From Deltaproteobacteria bacterium (GTDB lineage Bacteria; Desulfobacterota; GWC2-55-46): a DNA stretch of 62,745 bases. The position numbers were made by a program, and so were the translations under genes. The DNA lies in NCBI GenBank assembly GCA_016234405.1, contig JACRCC010000002.1:1-62745 (forward strand), read 5' to 3'. Positions within the stretch are counted from its first letter, which is position 1; every line of letters begins with the position of its first letter. Shown one piece after another: positions 37,061 through 45,055 of this stretch. Below the pieces are notes generated by a model, which saw only the letters and a program-made list of their open reading frames with translations, was not told the DNA's origin and did no database searches.

Positions 37061-40000
37061 ATGAAGACGACGGTTGCGGGCACATTCGCTTCACTCGGTG
37101 TAAACTCTGCGAAGGCGGGAGCGCCCCTTAAGCAATCTTATCTTTCGAGGGGGAGCGGTTTCACGCTTATAGAGTTGTTGATAGCCATATTCATCTCTGC
37201 AATCGTGGCCAGCGCGATATATTCGGTCTACATCACCTTCTACAAGCAGACCGCTGCGCAGGACCTCATTGTCGAGGCCCAGCAAAACGCCCGCGTGGGC
37301 ATAAACCTGATGGAAAGGGAGCTTATAAACGCCGGTTATAACGCGGGTACGACCAACGTCATAACCGTAGCTACATCCACTTCCGTTCAATTCCTCTACT
37401 CGGAGCCTAACGATCCCGGCGCATCGAGGATCAAGGTCACCTACAATTACGACTCCGTCAATAAGACCCTTTTGCGTACGGAAGATGACACCACGCTCGG
37501 CACCTTAGGCGCCGCGAACATAGTCATCCCAGACGTAACCGGCGTTGAGTTTGCGTATTATGACGCAAACGGGCTTACTACCGCCGTGCTTAACGATATC
37601 AGGTATGTTAACATAAAGCTCACCACCGAGACGAAAGACATCCCGCCGGGGGCCGCGGCCAAGAAGCAATTTGCATTAGAGACCCATCTGCGGCTGCGCA
37701 GCTTAGGCACCGGCGCGGCGGCGTCGTCCACCTCGGATACTACCGCGCCCGCGGCCCCAACCGGGCTACAGGTAAGGGAGGTGGCCAACCCGTCCGGTCT
37801 GGGCGGCGGCAGCTGCGGAAAACTCAAGGTCAAATTCACCGGTTCGCCTGACGGCGACGTCATCGGCCATAAGATATATTACGGCACGACCTCCGGCTCG
37901 TATGACGGGGTGATCAACGTCTCGACAACCGCGTTGACCGGCGCTGATTACAGCTGCACCAATACCGCCAACGTCTACGAGTGCACCCTTGCCCCTTCAA
38001 ATCCCGCTCTCTCCCCGACGGTGTCGTACGACAGTTCTACGTCCGTGCATGCCCCTTCAACGGCCGTAATTTATTACTTTGCGGTAAAGGCCTATGACTA
38101 CAACATGAACTATAGCCCCTACTCCACTGAGGCTTACGGAGATACATCTACGGCCACCATAGCGGCGAGCAACACAACGTTCGATGCAGGTTTAAACGAT
38201 TCCACCGTGAATCCGGGTAAACCCGGCGCCGTAACCGGCCTTACCGGAGCAGACGGGACCGCCGACGGCACGACCAACCTTTCATGGACGGCCTATCCTA
38301 CGGCCTCTAATCCCGGCGTCACGCAGTTGGCCATTTATAGGAGCACGTCTGCCTTCACGTATCCGATAAGCTCGTCTTTAGAGATAGCCGCCATAACCTC
38401 ACCCGGGTCAACTACCACGTATGCCGTTTCAGGTCTGACGGGATGCCAGCAGTACTATTACGCGATTGCGGCCGTCAACTGCGACCCGACGCTCATAACG
38501 GTTGACTCCGGCGACACGGCAAGCGAACAGTATGCGGCGGCCAACTACGGCGTGGCTTACGGCGACGGGACAGGCTTGGGCGTTGATTCCCCGGCCGGGG
38601 CCGATACATATCCTCCCGATATCACGCCGCCCACGGCGCCTACGCTCCTCACGAGAAACGGCGAGATAATCGTCGGCTATAAGCGCGTGTATATGGGCGT
38701 AACAAATCCAACGGAGACGGATTTTACCCATACGCTCGTCTATTACAACACGACCGGCCCATCCCCTTCGGTGGATACCACGCTCGGCAGCCCGACTTAC
38801 GGGCAGATTTCCGGCGGCTTAGCCGTGCCAGACACCAACGTCTCGGTTCCGGGTAAGTTGACCGGGGCAGGCAGGTATATCACCTATGTCCATGACAACG
38901 AGCAGAACGCAGGGAACACCTTCTATGAAAGCATAAGCGCGATGCACGCCCCGGCGCTCACCAGCACGCAATATTTCTACACGGCGGTGTCTTACGACAG
39001 GTGCGGCAACCCGGCCGTTGCCACCGGCAATACGCCTGCCCTCGCGTCTCTTTGCGGAGACGGTCTCCCGGGAGACCCTGAGTACGGCCCGCCGTCCTCT
39101 ATCCCGCCCATCAACCCGTTGGTGAAGGGGTGCTACTCAAACGACTACAGCTATAATGTTACCTTCAACTCAAAAACCGTCAACGCGAATAAAGTGCCCA
39201 TGACGATTACGTGGGATGACAATCCCTTGCTCAGCGCCATTCCCGACGCCGCCATGTACAGAGTCTACAGGTCCCCGTCTGCGCCTTTTGATACAACGGT
39301 TTTCCCTAATACCCTTGATACAACCTTGTGCAGCGCTTCACCGGCTTCCACATGCTTTCTCGGTTTCGTCCCGGTGGGAACCACCAACTCGATCATTGAC
39401 AACAACAGCCTTACGGACTCAGGGACGACTAAATACTCTTACGGGATAGTCGCGACCGACTGCACCTATGAAGAGCAGTGGATACCCAACGCAGCGGCTG
39501 CGTATAAGTTTAATACGTCGGGATGGTTGACCGATGACGGCGTGGATGGCATCGGCGTTACCCCCGGCATGATTGACAGGGACGAAAAGTTGAACGTTAC
39601 CGACGACACCCACAGGGAGGTCTTGACCGGCGTTGACATGGACAATTCCATTGGCACCGGCACCGGAGCTTCCACGCCGTCCACGGCCTACAAGCACAAT
39701 ACCGTAACGTTGTTTTTGGAGAATACGGCAAACGGACCGCAAACCCTCGATGGCGCCACGGCGAGCTATTTTTACTGGGGCAATTCGTCGGCAAGGCTCA
39801 CCAACGTCGCCGTCGGCGGCGGCATGAGCACAATCGCCGTGACGAGCATCGCGGTGCCTATGTCGTCAAACTTCGTCAATTCCGGCACATTCACGAGGAG
39901 GGCATCAACGACCCTCGGGAACATCCAGCTGCCGGCGAATACGCGAAACATCCCCATGGTCTTGACGTTCACGGACAAGAACGGCAATCCGATTGACATG

Positions 40001-41740
40001 AGGAACGACCTAATTTCCATAAGACTCATAATCATCAACAACTCGACCAACACAACTTCCACCAATCCCATCTGCTACGCTTATGCGACCGTGTCGAAGA
40101 TTGCCACAGGAACGACGATACCCCTTGGCCCGTCCGTTAACGGCGTTACGCAGAATAATCCGTCTACCCCGACATTCGTATACGCCGTTCCTGGCTCGTC
40201 CGGCTCAAACAACACCGTGCCGACCAGCGGAGGCACGGCCTACGGCCCAGTGGTAGCCCTCGGCGGAACGTCTACGGTTATTACGGCCAACATCACCTCC
40301 AACACGCTTTACGAGCCGACGAGGGGCAGCGTGTCAATGTCTTCTGCCGCCTTGTATTACATAGACACCGCGCTTACCGTGGGCACGGCGCCAACAAGCG
40401 GCTATACCGCGGTTACGATGACCAACACCACAGGCAACACGTGGACGGGCGCCATACCTTCTTTAACCGACCGCAGGTTCTGGTTCTATGTAATTGCCGT
40501 TGATTCGGACGGTAACTACGACAGGGCGCCTGAGATTAACGAGGGCGCGTATACCTACGACCAGAGACCGGTCGGCATTTGCGACTTAACGCCGGTTGCC
40601 CCCGCGTCCTTTGGGCAGTTGGCCGCCGCCACGGCCACGACGGTTTCCGTCAAGTGGCCTAAGGTTACCGCTTACACGAGCGGGGCGGTCATTGACAAGA
40701 CCGCCGACCCCATCTTTTACAGGGTTTTTAGGCGCAGCACCCTCACGGGTTCCTTCACGAAGCTCTTTGACGTGCCTGACATCGCCGTCAACTCATGGAC
40801 CTCCGTAGCCGCCGGAAGTTTAGTAACGCCGGCCACGGCCTCGGTCTACTCGTGCAACGGCACTGCCGTCTTTAACGCCACGACCGGACTTGCCGCAGAC
40901 GAGTGCGGATGGAAGGATACCGTCGCCAGCACCTCCGGCACAAATGACTTTACGTACTACGTGCAGGCCAAGAATTCGTGCGGCGCCGACACCAACTTAG
41001 GGGCGAGGACCAACTACTGGAGGGAATGTGTCGGCTCGACTACTGCCGCGATAAGCGTCTCTCCCACGTCCATAAGCACCAACGGTTCCTATACCGTAAC
41101 CGTCAACGACTGCGGTAAGTTCGGCGGAGCCGCAGACACTGTTACGGCTAAAAGTGTCTCCAACCTTGGGTCTACGAACTTCTACACGAACATGTCGGAA
41201 GACTCCAATAACACGGGTCTCTTTACCGCGAGCATATTGGCTCAAAATATCGGGGCCGCGAATACGACCGGGGTCTATGCGGTTCCCACTAATATCGCCA
41301 ACGCCACCGTGACCGTATCCTGCCCGTCTACGGCAGGGACCGGTCCGACGACATATCCCTGCTCGGGCGGCGCGTCCACGACGGTAACCGTGAAGGCGCG
41401 GGTGTGCGATTTTTCGCCGAGCACTATCACCACGCTTACGGCCACGAAGAAGACCTCCAAATGCGACGGCTCAAACAACTCCTCAAAGGGCATCCAATTG
41501 GCATGGTCAACGCCCTCGGATACCGACCCTCCGACCTACAATATATGGGCAAGAACCGGCGATACGGGGACATGGGCTGACATTTCAGGCTCGCTGGCCG
41601 CCGGCACTACGAAGTACTGTGACGCGAGACCGGCGTCTAACCCCGGCGTGTATTATTACTACAAGATCGTCGCAGCCGACACATGTCCGCTCAGCAGCAC
41701 TTCGGCCATTACACCGGGGGCGCCCGGTATAAAATACTGA
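37061..41740 (+). CDS. Giant modular minor pilin: an N-terminal PilW-like prepilin domain (about 210 aa) fused to about 1,350 aa of T/S/N/G-rich FN3-like repeat modules
   Basis: The class III signal is ...SRGSG|FTLIELLIAIFISAIVASAIYSV. The PilW-like core runs from QQNARVGINLMERELINAGY to LRLRSLG. At least 6 modules follow with an FN3-like pattern (P-x-AP at entry, YR/YY core, YYFAVKAYD / YYYAIAAVN / YFYTAVSYD / YSYGIVATD / YYVQAKNSCG / YYYKIVAAD at exit). It is a single uninterrupted ORF. Confidence 0.75.
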   Translation: MKTTVAGTFASLGVNSAKAGAPLKQSYLSRGSGFTLIELLIAIFISAIVASAIYSVYITFYKQTAAQDLIVEAQQNARVGINLMERELINAGYNAGTTNVITVATSTSVQFLYSEPNDPGASRIKVTYNYDSVNKTLLRTEDDTTLGTLGAANIVIPDVTGVEFAYYDANGLTTAVLNDIRYVNIKLTTETKDIPPGAAAKKQFALETHLRLRSLGTGAAASSTSDTTAPAAPTGLQVREVANPSGLGGGSCGKLKVKFTGSPDGDVIGHKIYYGTTSGSYDGVINVSTTALTGADYSCTNTANVYECTLAPSNPALSPTVSYDSSTSVHAPSTAVIYYFAVKAYDYNMNYSPYSTEAYGDTSTATIAASNTTFDAGLNDSTVNPGKPGAVTGLTGADGTADGTTNLSWTAYPTASNPGVTQLAIYRSTSAFTYPISSSLEIAAITSPGSTTTYAVSGLTGCQQYYYAIAAVNCDPTLITVDSGDTASEQYAAANYGVAYGDGTGLGVDSPAGADTYPPDITPPTAPTLLTRNGEIIVGYKRVYMGVTNPTETDFTHTLVYYNTTGPSPSVDTTLGSPTYGQISGGLAVPDTNVSVPGKLTGAGRYITYVHDNEQNAGNTFYESISAMHAPALTSTQYFYTAVSYDRCGNPAVATGNTPALASLCGDGLPGDPEYGPPSSIPPINPLVKGCYSNDYSYNVTFNSKTVNANKVPMTITWDDNPLLSAIPDAAMYRVYRSPSAPFDTTVFPNTLDTTLCSASPASTCFLGFVPVGTTNSIIDNNSLTDSGTTKYSYGIVATDCTYEEQWIPNAAAAYKFNTSGWLTDDGVDGIGVTPGMIDRDEKLNVTDDTHREVLTGVDMDNSIGTGTGASTPSTAYKHNTVTLFLENTANGPQTLDGATASYFYWGNSSARLTNVAVGGGMSTIAVTSIAVPMSSNFVNSGTFTRRASTTLGNIQLPANTRNIPMVLTFTDKNGNPIDMRNDLISIRLIIINNSTNTTSTNPICYAYATVSKIATGTTIPLGPSVNGVTQNNPSTPTFVYAVPGSSGSNNTVPTSGGTAYGPVVALGGTSTVITANITSNTLYEPTRGSVSMSSAALYYIDTALTVGTAPTSGYTAVTMTNTTGNTWTGAIPSLTDRRFWFYVIAVDSDGNYDRAPEINEGAYTYDQRPVGICDLTPVAPASFGQLAAATATTVSVKWPKVTAYTSGAVIDKTADPIFYRVFRRSTLTGSFTKLFDVPDIAVNSWTSVAAGSLVTPATASVYSCNGTAVFNATTGLAADECGWKDTVASTSGTNDFTYYVQAKNSCGADTNLGARTNYWRECVGSTTAAISVSPTSISTNGSYTVTVNDCGKFGGAADTVTAKSVSNLGSTNFYTNMSEDSNNTGLFTASILAQNIGAANTTGVYAVPTNIANATVTVSCPSTAGTGPTTYPCSGGASTTVTVKARVCDFSPSTITTLTATKKTSKCDGSNNSSKGIQLAWSTPSDTDPPTYNIWARTGDTGTWADISGSLAAGTTKYCDARPASNPGVYYYYKIVAADTCPLSSTSAITPGAPGIKY

Positions 41741-41804
41741 TAAGGCGGGGGCGGACAACCCCCCGTCAGAATGTCCCCGCGGTAACGGGGCGGACAAAAG
41801 GAAG

Positions 41805-43265
41805 GTGAACGTCATGAACGCAAAAAGTCTCAATGTCATCCTGAGCGGAGCGAAGGATATGCTTCTGGTTGTCATTCTGAGCGCATCGCAACGCTTCAGC
41901 GTAAACTCCGCGAAGAATCTGATTTTCGCTCAGAATAAACTCCGCAGTGAAAAGGGCTTTATCCTCATTCTCGCGCTCGTCTCGATGGTGGCCATGAGCA
42001 TCATCGGCATAAGCCTCATAACTAACATGACGACCGACGTTCAGCTTGCGGGCAACGAACGTCAGGGTAAGGTCGCCTTCGAGTATGCCGACGCGGGTAT
42101 AAACGAGGGCATGGCCCGTCTAAGGCTCAGCGTCGCCAACGCGAGATACGTCGGAGAGCCGGCCAACACGCCGCTCTATAGGACGAGCGCCGTAGTTTTG
42201 ACCAATCCCACCTTTAACAGTACGGGTACATTTAATAACACCGGAGACGCCGTTCAACACTACTCCGTAACGACGTCGTATCTCATCGAGGGGATGCCGT
42301 ACTGCGACAGTAACTCCCTATCCGTGCCTAATATCGCCAGCAATACGCCCGTTAATGCCACAACGGGCGCGCCGGACCCTCAAAATTGCAACAGCGAGGT
42401 GGTGATGTTCGGCAAGGACTTCAACTTCCCTTCGACGCTCACCTCGTTATCAATAGGGACGAACCCCATATACAGGATAGTCTCGGTCGGCACATACGGC
42501 ACCACTACGAGGACGATAGAGGCATACGTCGGCAGGAGCACCCTTAACCTTGACCCCGGCGCAGCCGCCAATCTCAACGGGTGCGCGACGTTGAGCGGTT
42601 CAAAGGCCGAACTTGAAGCCGAAGGCGGCGCCAGTGTTCCGGGACTCCAATACCTCGGCGCATGCGCGGGCGGCGGAAATATGGTAAACGCGACGAACTG
42701 CCCCACGGTTGACACCGGCAACGGAAAGGTTGAAGGCGGTTGTGTCGCTAAAACAAGCTCGACCAACCTTAATACGTATCTTGGTAAAAGCCTTACGGAT
42801 GTAAAGACCCTTGCCACGCTGACTCTTGACTGCAATTCGGTTGCGACTTGCGCTAACGTGATAAGCGGCCCCGCCAACACGACCGCGATATGGGGCGATT
42901 GCGCTGGGGGGACATCTTCCGCGCTCAGATATGTAACCAGCACGAACCCCGTTAATCTTTCGAGCGGCGACTTGCCTTCCGGGTGCGGCAGGGGAGTGCT
43001 TGTAGTTGACGGCGGGAGTTTAACCATAGGTCCGAACGTAGAGTGGCAAGGGCTTATCTACGTCGTGAGCGGCGACGTTACCATGAACGGCGGCGGCGGC
43101 AATTCAGAGGTCAAAGGCGGTATTATGGCTGGCGGCAACTTGAGCCTTAACGGCGGCGGCGGCCCGGAGGCCGAGATTGAGTACGACGCCCAGATATTGT
43201 TGGACGTCGCCAAACAGATTAACAACGGAAGTTTTTCCACCTTGGTGCTCTGGAGGAGGTTGTAA
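41805..43265 (+). CDS. pilX: PilX-like minor pilin / pilus assembly protein (PilX_N domain), unusually long
   Basis: EKGFILILALVSMVAMSIIGISLITNMTTDVQLAGNERQGKVAFEYADAGINEG matches the PilX N-terminal domain pattern. The C-terminus is GG-rich. The first roughly 45 codons are encoded by repeat elements, so the true start is uncertain (ATG 41805, 41814 or 41859). Confidence 0.65.
   Translation: MNVMNAKSLNVILSGAKDMLLVVILSASQRFSVNSAKNLIFAQNKLRSEKGFILILALVSMVAMSIIGISLITNMTTDVQLAGNERQGKVAFEYADAGINEGMARLRLSVANARYVGEPANTPLYRTSAVVLTNPTFNSTGTFNNTGDAVQHYSVTTSYLIEGMPYCDSNSLSVPNIASNTPVNATTGAPDPQNCNSEVVMFGKDFNFPSTLTSLSIGTNPIYRIVSVGTYGTTTRTIEAYVGRSTLNLDPGAAANLNGCATLSGSKAELEAEGGASVPGLQYLGACAGGGNMVNATNCPTVDTGNGKVEGGCVAKTSSTNLNTYLGKSLTDVKTLATLTLDCNSVATCANVISGPANTTAIWGDCAGGTSSALRYVTSTNPVNLSSGDLPSGCGRGVLVVDGGSLTIGPNVEWQGLIYVVSGDVTMNGGGGNSEVKGGIMAGGNLSLNGGGGPEAEIEYDAQILLDVAKQINNGSFSTLVLWRRL
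41835..41936. repeat. GTCATYCTGAGCG...GCGAAG(G/A)AT repeat cluster (VILSEAKNL-type elements)
   Basis: The cluster contains gtcatcctgagcggagcgaaggatatgc (41835-41862), gtcattctgagcgcatcgcaacgc... (from 41871) and an inverted partner cgctcagaat (41927-41936). Related copies lie at 43514-43541 (inverted), 43789-43813 and 62711-62738. Confidence 0.75.
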
Positions 43266-43360
43266 AACGGCCGCAACCGTGAATCGTGACCGTTGACCGT
43301 GAAAAGACCGTGACCGCGTGAAATAAAGGTTTTTCACGCATCACGGTCTTTTTTTGTTTT
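43266..43360 (+). terminator. CGTGA heptad-repeat element, copy E, forming a strong Rho-independent terminator
   Basis: The element begins aacggccgcaaccgtgaatcgtgaccgttgaccgt. The stem aaagaccgtgaccgcgtgaaa / tttcacgcatcacggtcttt (one bulge) is followed by tttttttgtttt. It begins right after the pilX TAA stop. Confidence 0.8.
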
Positions 43361-43362
43361 AT

Positions 43363-43388
43363 CGTTCCCACGCCCCGGCGTGGGAACG
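43363..43388. repeat. GTTCCCACGC hairpin element, copy 3
   Basis: cGTTCCCACGCcccgGCGTGGGAACg. Confidence 0.85.
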
Positions 43389-43463
43389 CATCTGTCATTG
43401 TTCTTATCAATGTCCCTCATTTATATGAAATTAACATAAATTATATTATTATAAAAAAAACTA

Positions 43464-43492
43464 TTGACAAATATTTATTTATGATGTAGAGT
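43464..43492 (+). promoter_or_regulatory. Putative sigma-70 promoter in the AT-rich islet
   Basis: TTGACA (43464-43469), a 17-nt spacer, and TAGAGT (43487-43492), embedded in a very AT-rich stretch at 43391-43500. Confidence 0.5.
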
Positions 43493-43588
43493 CCGTGATA
43501 TCTTAAGCAAGAAGCAGATCCTTCGCTTCGTTCAGGGTGACAGTTTTAGGCCGATACCGGCGTAACCTGAGACCAAGGTGGATGTGAA

Positions 43589-43795
43589 ATGAAGAAAAAT
43601 AACAACTATCTGAAAAAATACAGAGAGAATATGCTCCTCAGTAAAGCGGAGCTTGCAAGGAAGGCCGGGATATCGGCCCTGACCATAGACCGGATAGAGC
43701 ACGGGTATCCGTGCAGGGTGGACACCAAGAGAAAGATTATTCAGGCCCTCGGTCTGAAACTCGCGGAAAAGAACAAGGTCTTTATCAACTGCTGA
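43589..43795 (+). CDS. XRE-family helix-turn-helix transcriptional regulator (68 aa)
   Basis: LSKAELARKAGISALTIDRIEHG is a canonical Cro/C1 HTH. The gene is AT-rich. Its TGA stop lies inside a GCTGAGCGAAGCGAAG repeat. Confidence 0.75.
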   Translation: MKKNNNYLKKYRENMLLSKAELARKAGISALTIDRIEHGYPCRVDTKRKIIQALGLKLAEKNKVFINC

Positions 43796-43838
43796 GCGAA
43801 GCGAAGCATCTGCTTTTCGTTGTTTTGTCGTTGCGAAG

Positions 43839-43937
43839 TAGGTTGGGTCAAGCGCAGCGGACCCAACACATTAGGTTGGGTCAAGCGCAGCGGACCCAAC
43901 ACATAATGTTTGATGGGTGCGCTTTGCTTCACCCATC
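43839..43937. repeat. Tandem hairpin repeats: a 33-nt unit x2 (perfect) plus a third diverged hairpin
   Basis: taGGTTGGGTCaagcgcagcgGACCCAACacat occurs at 43839-43871 and identically at 43872-43904. GATGGGTGcgctttgcttCACCCATC follows at 43911-43936. Confidence 0.9.
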
Positions 43938-43990
43938 CTACATAGTGAGATAGGCTGAGATTATCCGGGATTGAGCGGGCAGGGGAGATT

Positions 43991-45055
43991 ATGGCATTTT
44001 CGCTTTTCAAGATAAAAGAGACCGTAGCCTTTGACATAGGCTCCAATTCCATCAAGCTCGTGCAGATGGGCCAGAGCAAGAAGGGCTGGGAGCTCCAGAA
44101 GTTCGGGTTTGCGGAGTTGCCCCCGGAGGCCATCGTTGACGGCTCGATAATAGACTCGATGACCGTCATCAATACGCTCAAAGACCTCATCAAGGAGAAC
44201 GGGATAAAGCTCAAAAACACCGTCTCGTCCCTTACCGGCCACTCCGTCATCATAAAAAAGGTCGCCTTCCCGTCCATGACCGAGGATGAATTGGCCGAAT
44301 CCATACAGTGGGAGGCCGAGCAGTATATCCCCTTCCCGATAGCCGACGTGAACATTGATTTTCAGATACTCGGCGCAGACACCGAGGGCAGGGGGCAGAT
44401 GGACGTCATGCTCGTGGCCGTCAAGAAAGACGTGATAAACGACTACACCAACGTCTTGAAAGAAGCGGGCCTCACGCCCGTGGTGGTGGACGTGGACTCC
44501 TTCGCCATAGAGAGCATGATGGAGATAAACTACCCGGTTACCCCGGGAGAGAATATCGCCATAATAAACATCGGGGCGAGCATCACGTCCATAAGCGTCA
44601 TCATGGGCGGCATGACGGTTTTTACGCGGTCAATCCCCATGGGCGGAAACCAGTTCACCGAGGAGATCCAAAGGCAGCTGAACATCAGCTTCAAGGATGC
44701 CGAAGACTTAAAGCTTGGGAGAAAAGACGCGGGCGCGGACGCCGAGGCATTGAAGGCCGCGATAACGAGCATCGCCACGAACATCTCCTTCGAGGCCAAG
44801 AGGTCGCTTGATTTCTTTCTCGGCGGAAGTCAGAACGCTTATGTAGGCAAGATATATTTGAGCGGCGGAGGGAGTAAATCCGCCGGTCTTTTGGCGATAA
44901 TGCAGGAAAAGACCGCCGTGCCCGTGGAAATCGTGGATTCCTTCAAAAGCATTGCCGTAAACCCAAAACGCTTTGACGCGGAAAAGATGAAGACGCTGTC
45001 CCCGCTTTTCGGAGTGGCGGTCGGGCTTGCCACGAGGAGGCTCGGCGACAGATGA
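43991..45055 (+). CDS. pilM: Type IV pilus assembly protein PilM (actin-like ATPase fold)
   Basis: 354 aa. ...VAFDIGSNSIKLVQM..., the arrangement upstream of pilNOPQ, and an ATGA overlap with pilN. Confidence 0.9.
   Translation: MAFSLFKIKETVAFDIGSNSIKLVQMGQSKKGWELQKFGFAELPPEAIVDGSIIDSMTVINTLKDLIKENGIKLKNTVSSLTGHSVIIKKVAFPSMTEDELAESIQWEAEQYIPFPIADVNIDFQILGADTEGRGQMDVMLVAVKKDVINDYTNVLKEAGLTPVVVDVDSFAIESMMEINYPVTPGENIAIINIGASITSISVIMGGMTVFTRSIPMGGNQFTEEIQRQLNISFKDAEDLKLGRKDAGADAEALKAAITSIATNISFEAKRSLDFFLGGSQNAYVGKIYLSGGGSKSAGLLAIMQEKTAVPVEIVDSFKSIAVNPKRFDAEKMKTLSPLFGVAVGLATRRLGDR

Noticed and set aside
43839-43937. A possible CRISPR array, given the direct repeats with hairpin potential. The heptad-repeat regions were also considered.
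   Set aside because: Only two identical 33-nt units are present, directly abutting with no spacers, plus one diverged hairpin. No cas genes are in the window. The heptad regions are microsatellite-like arms of hairpins.
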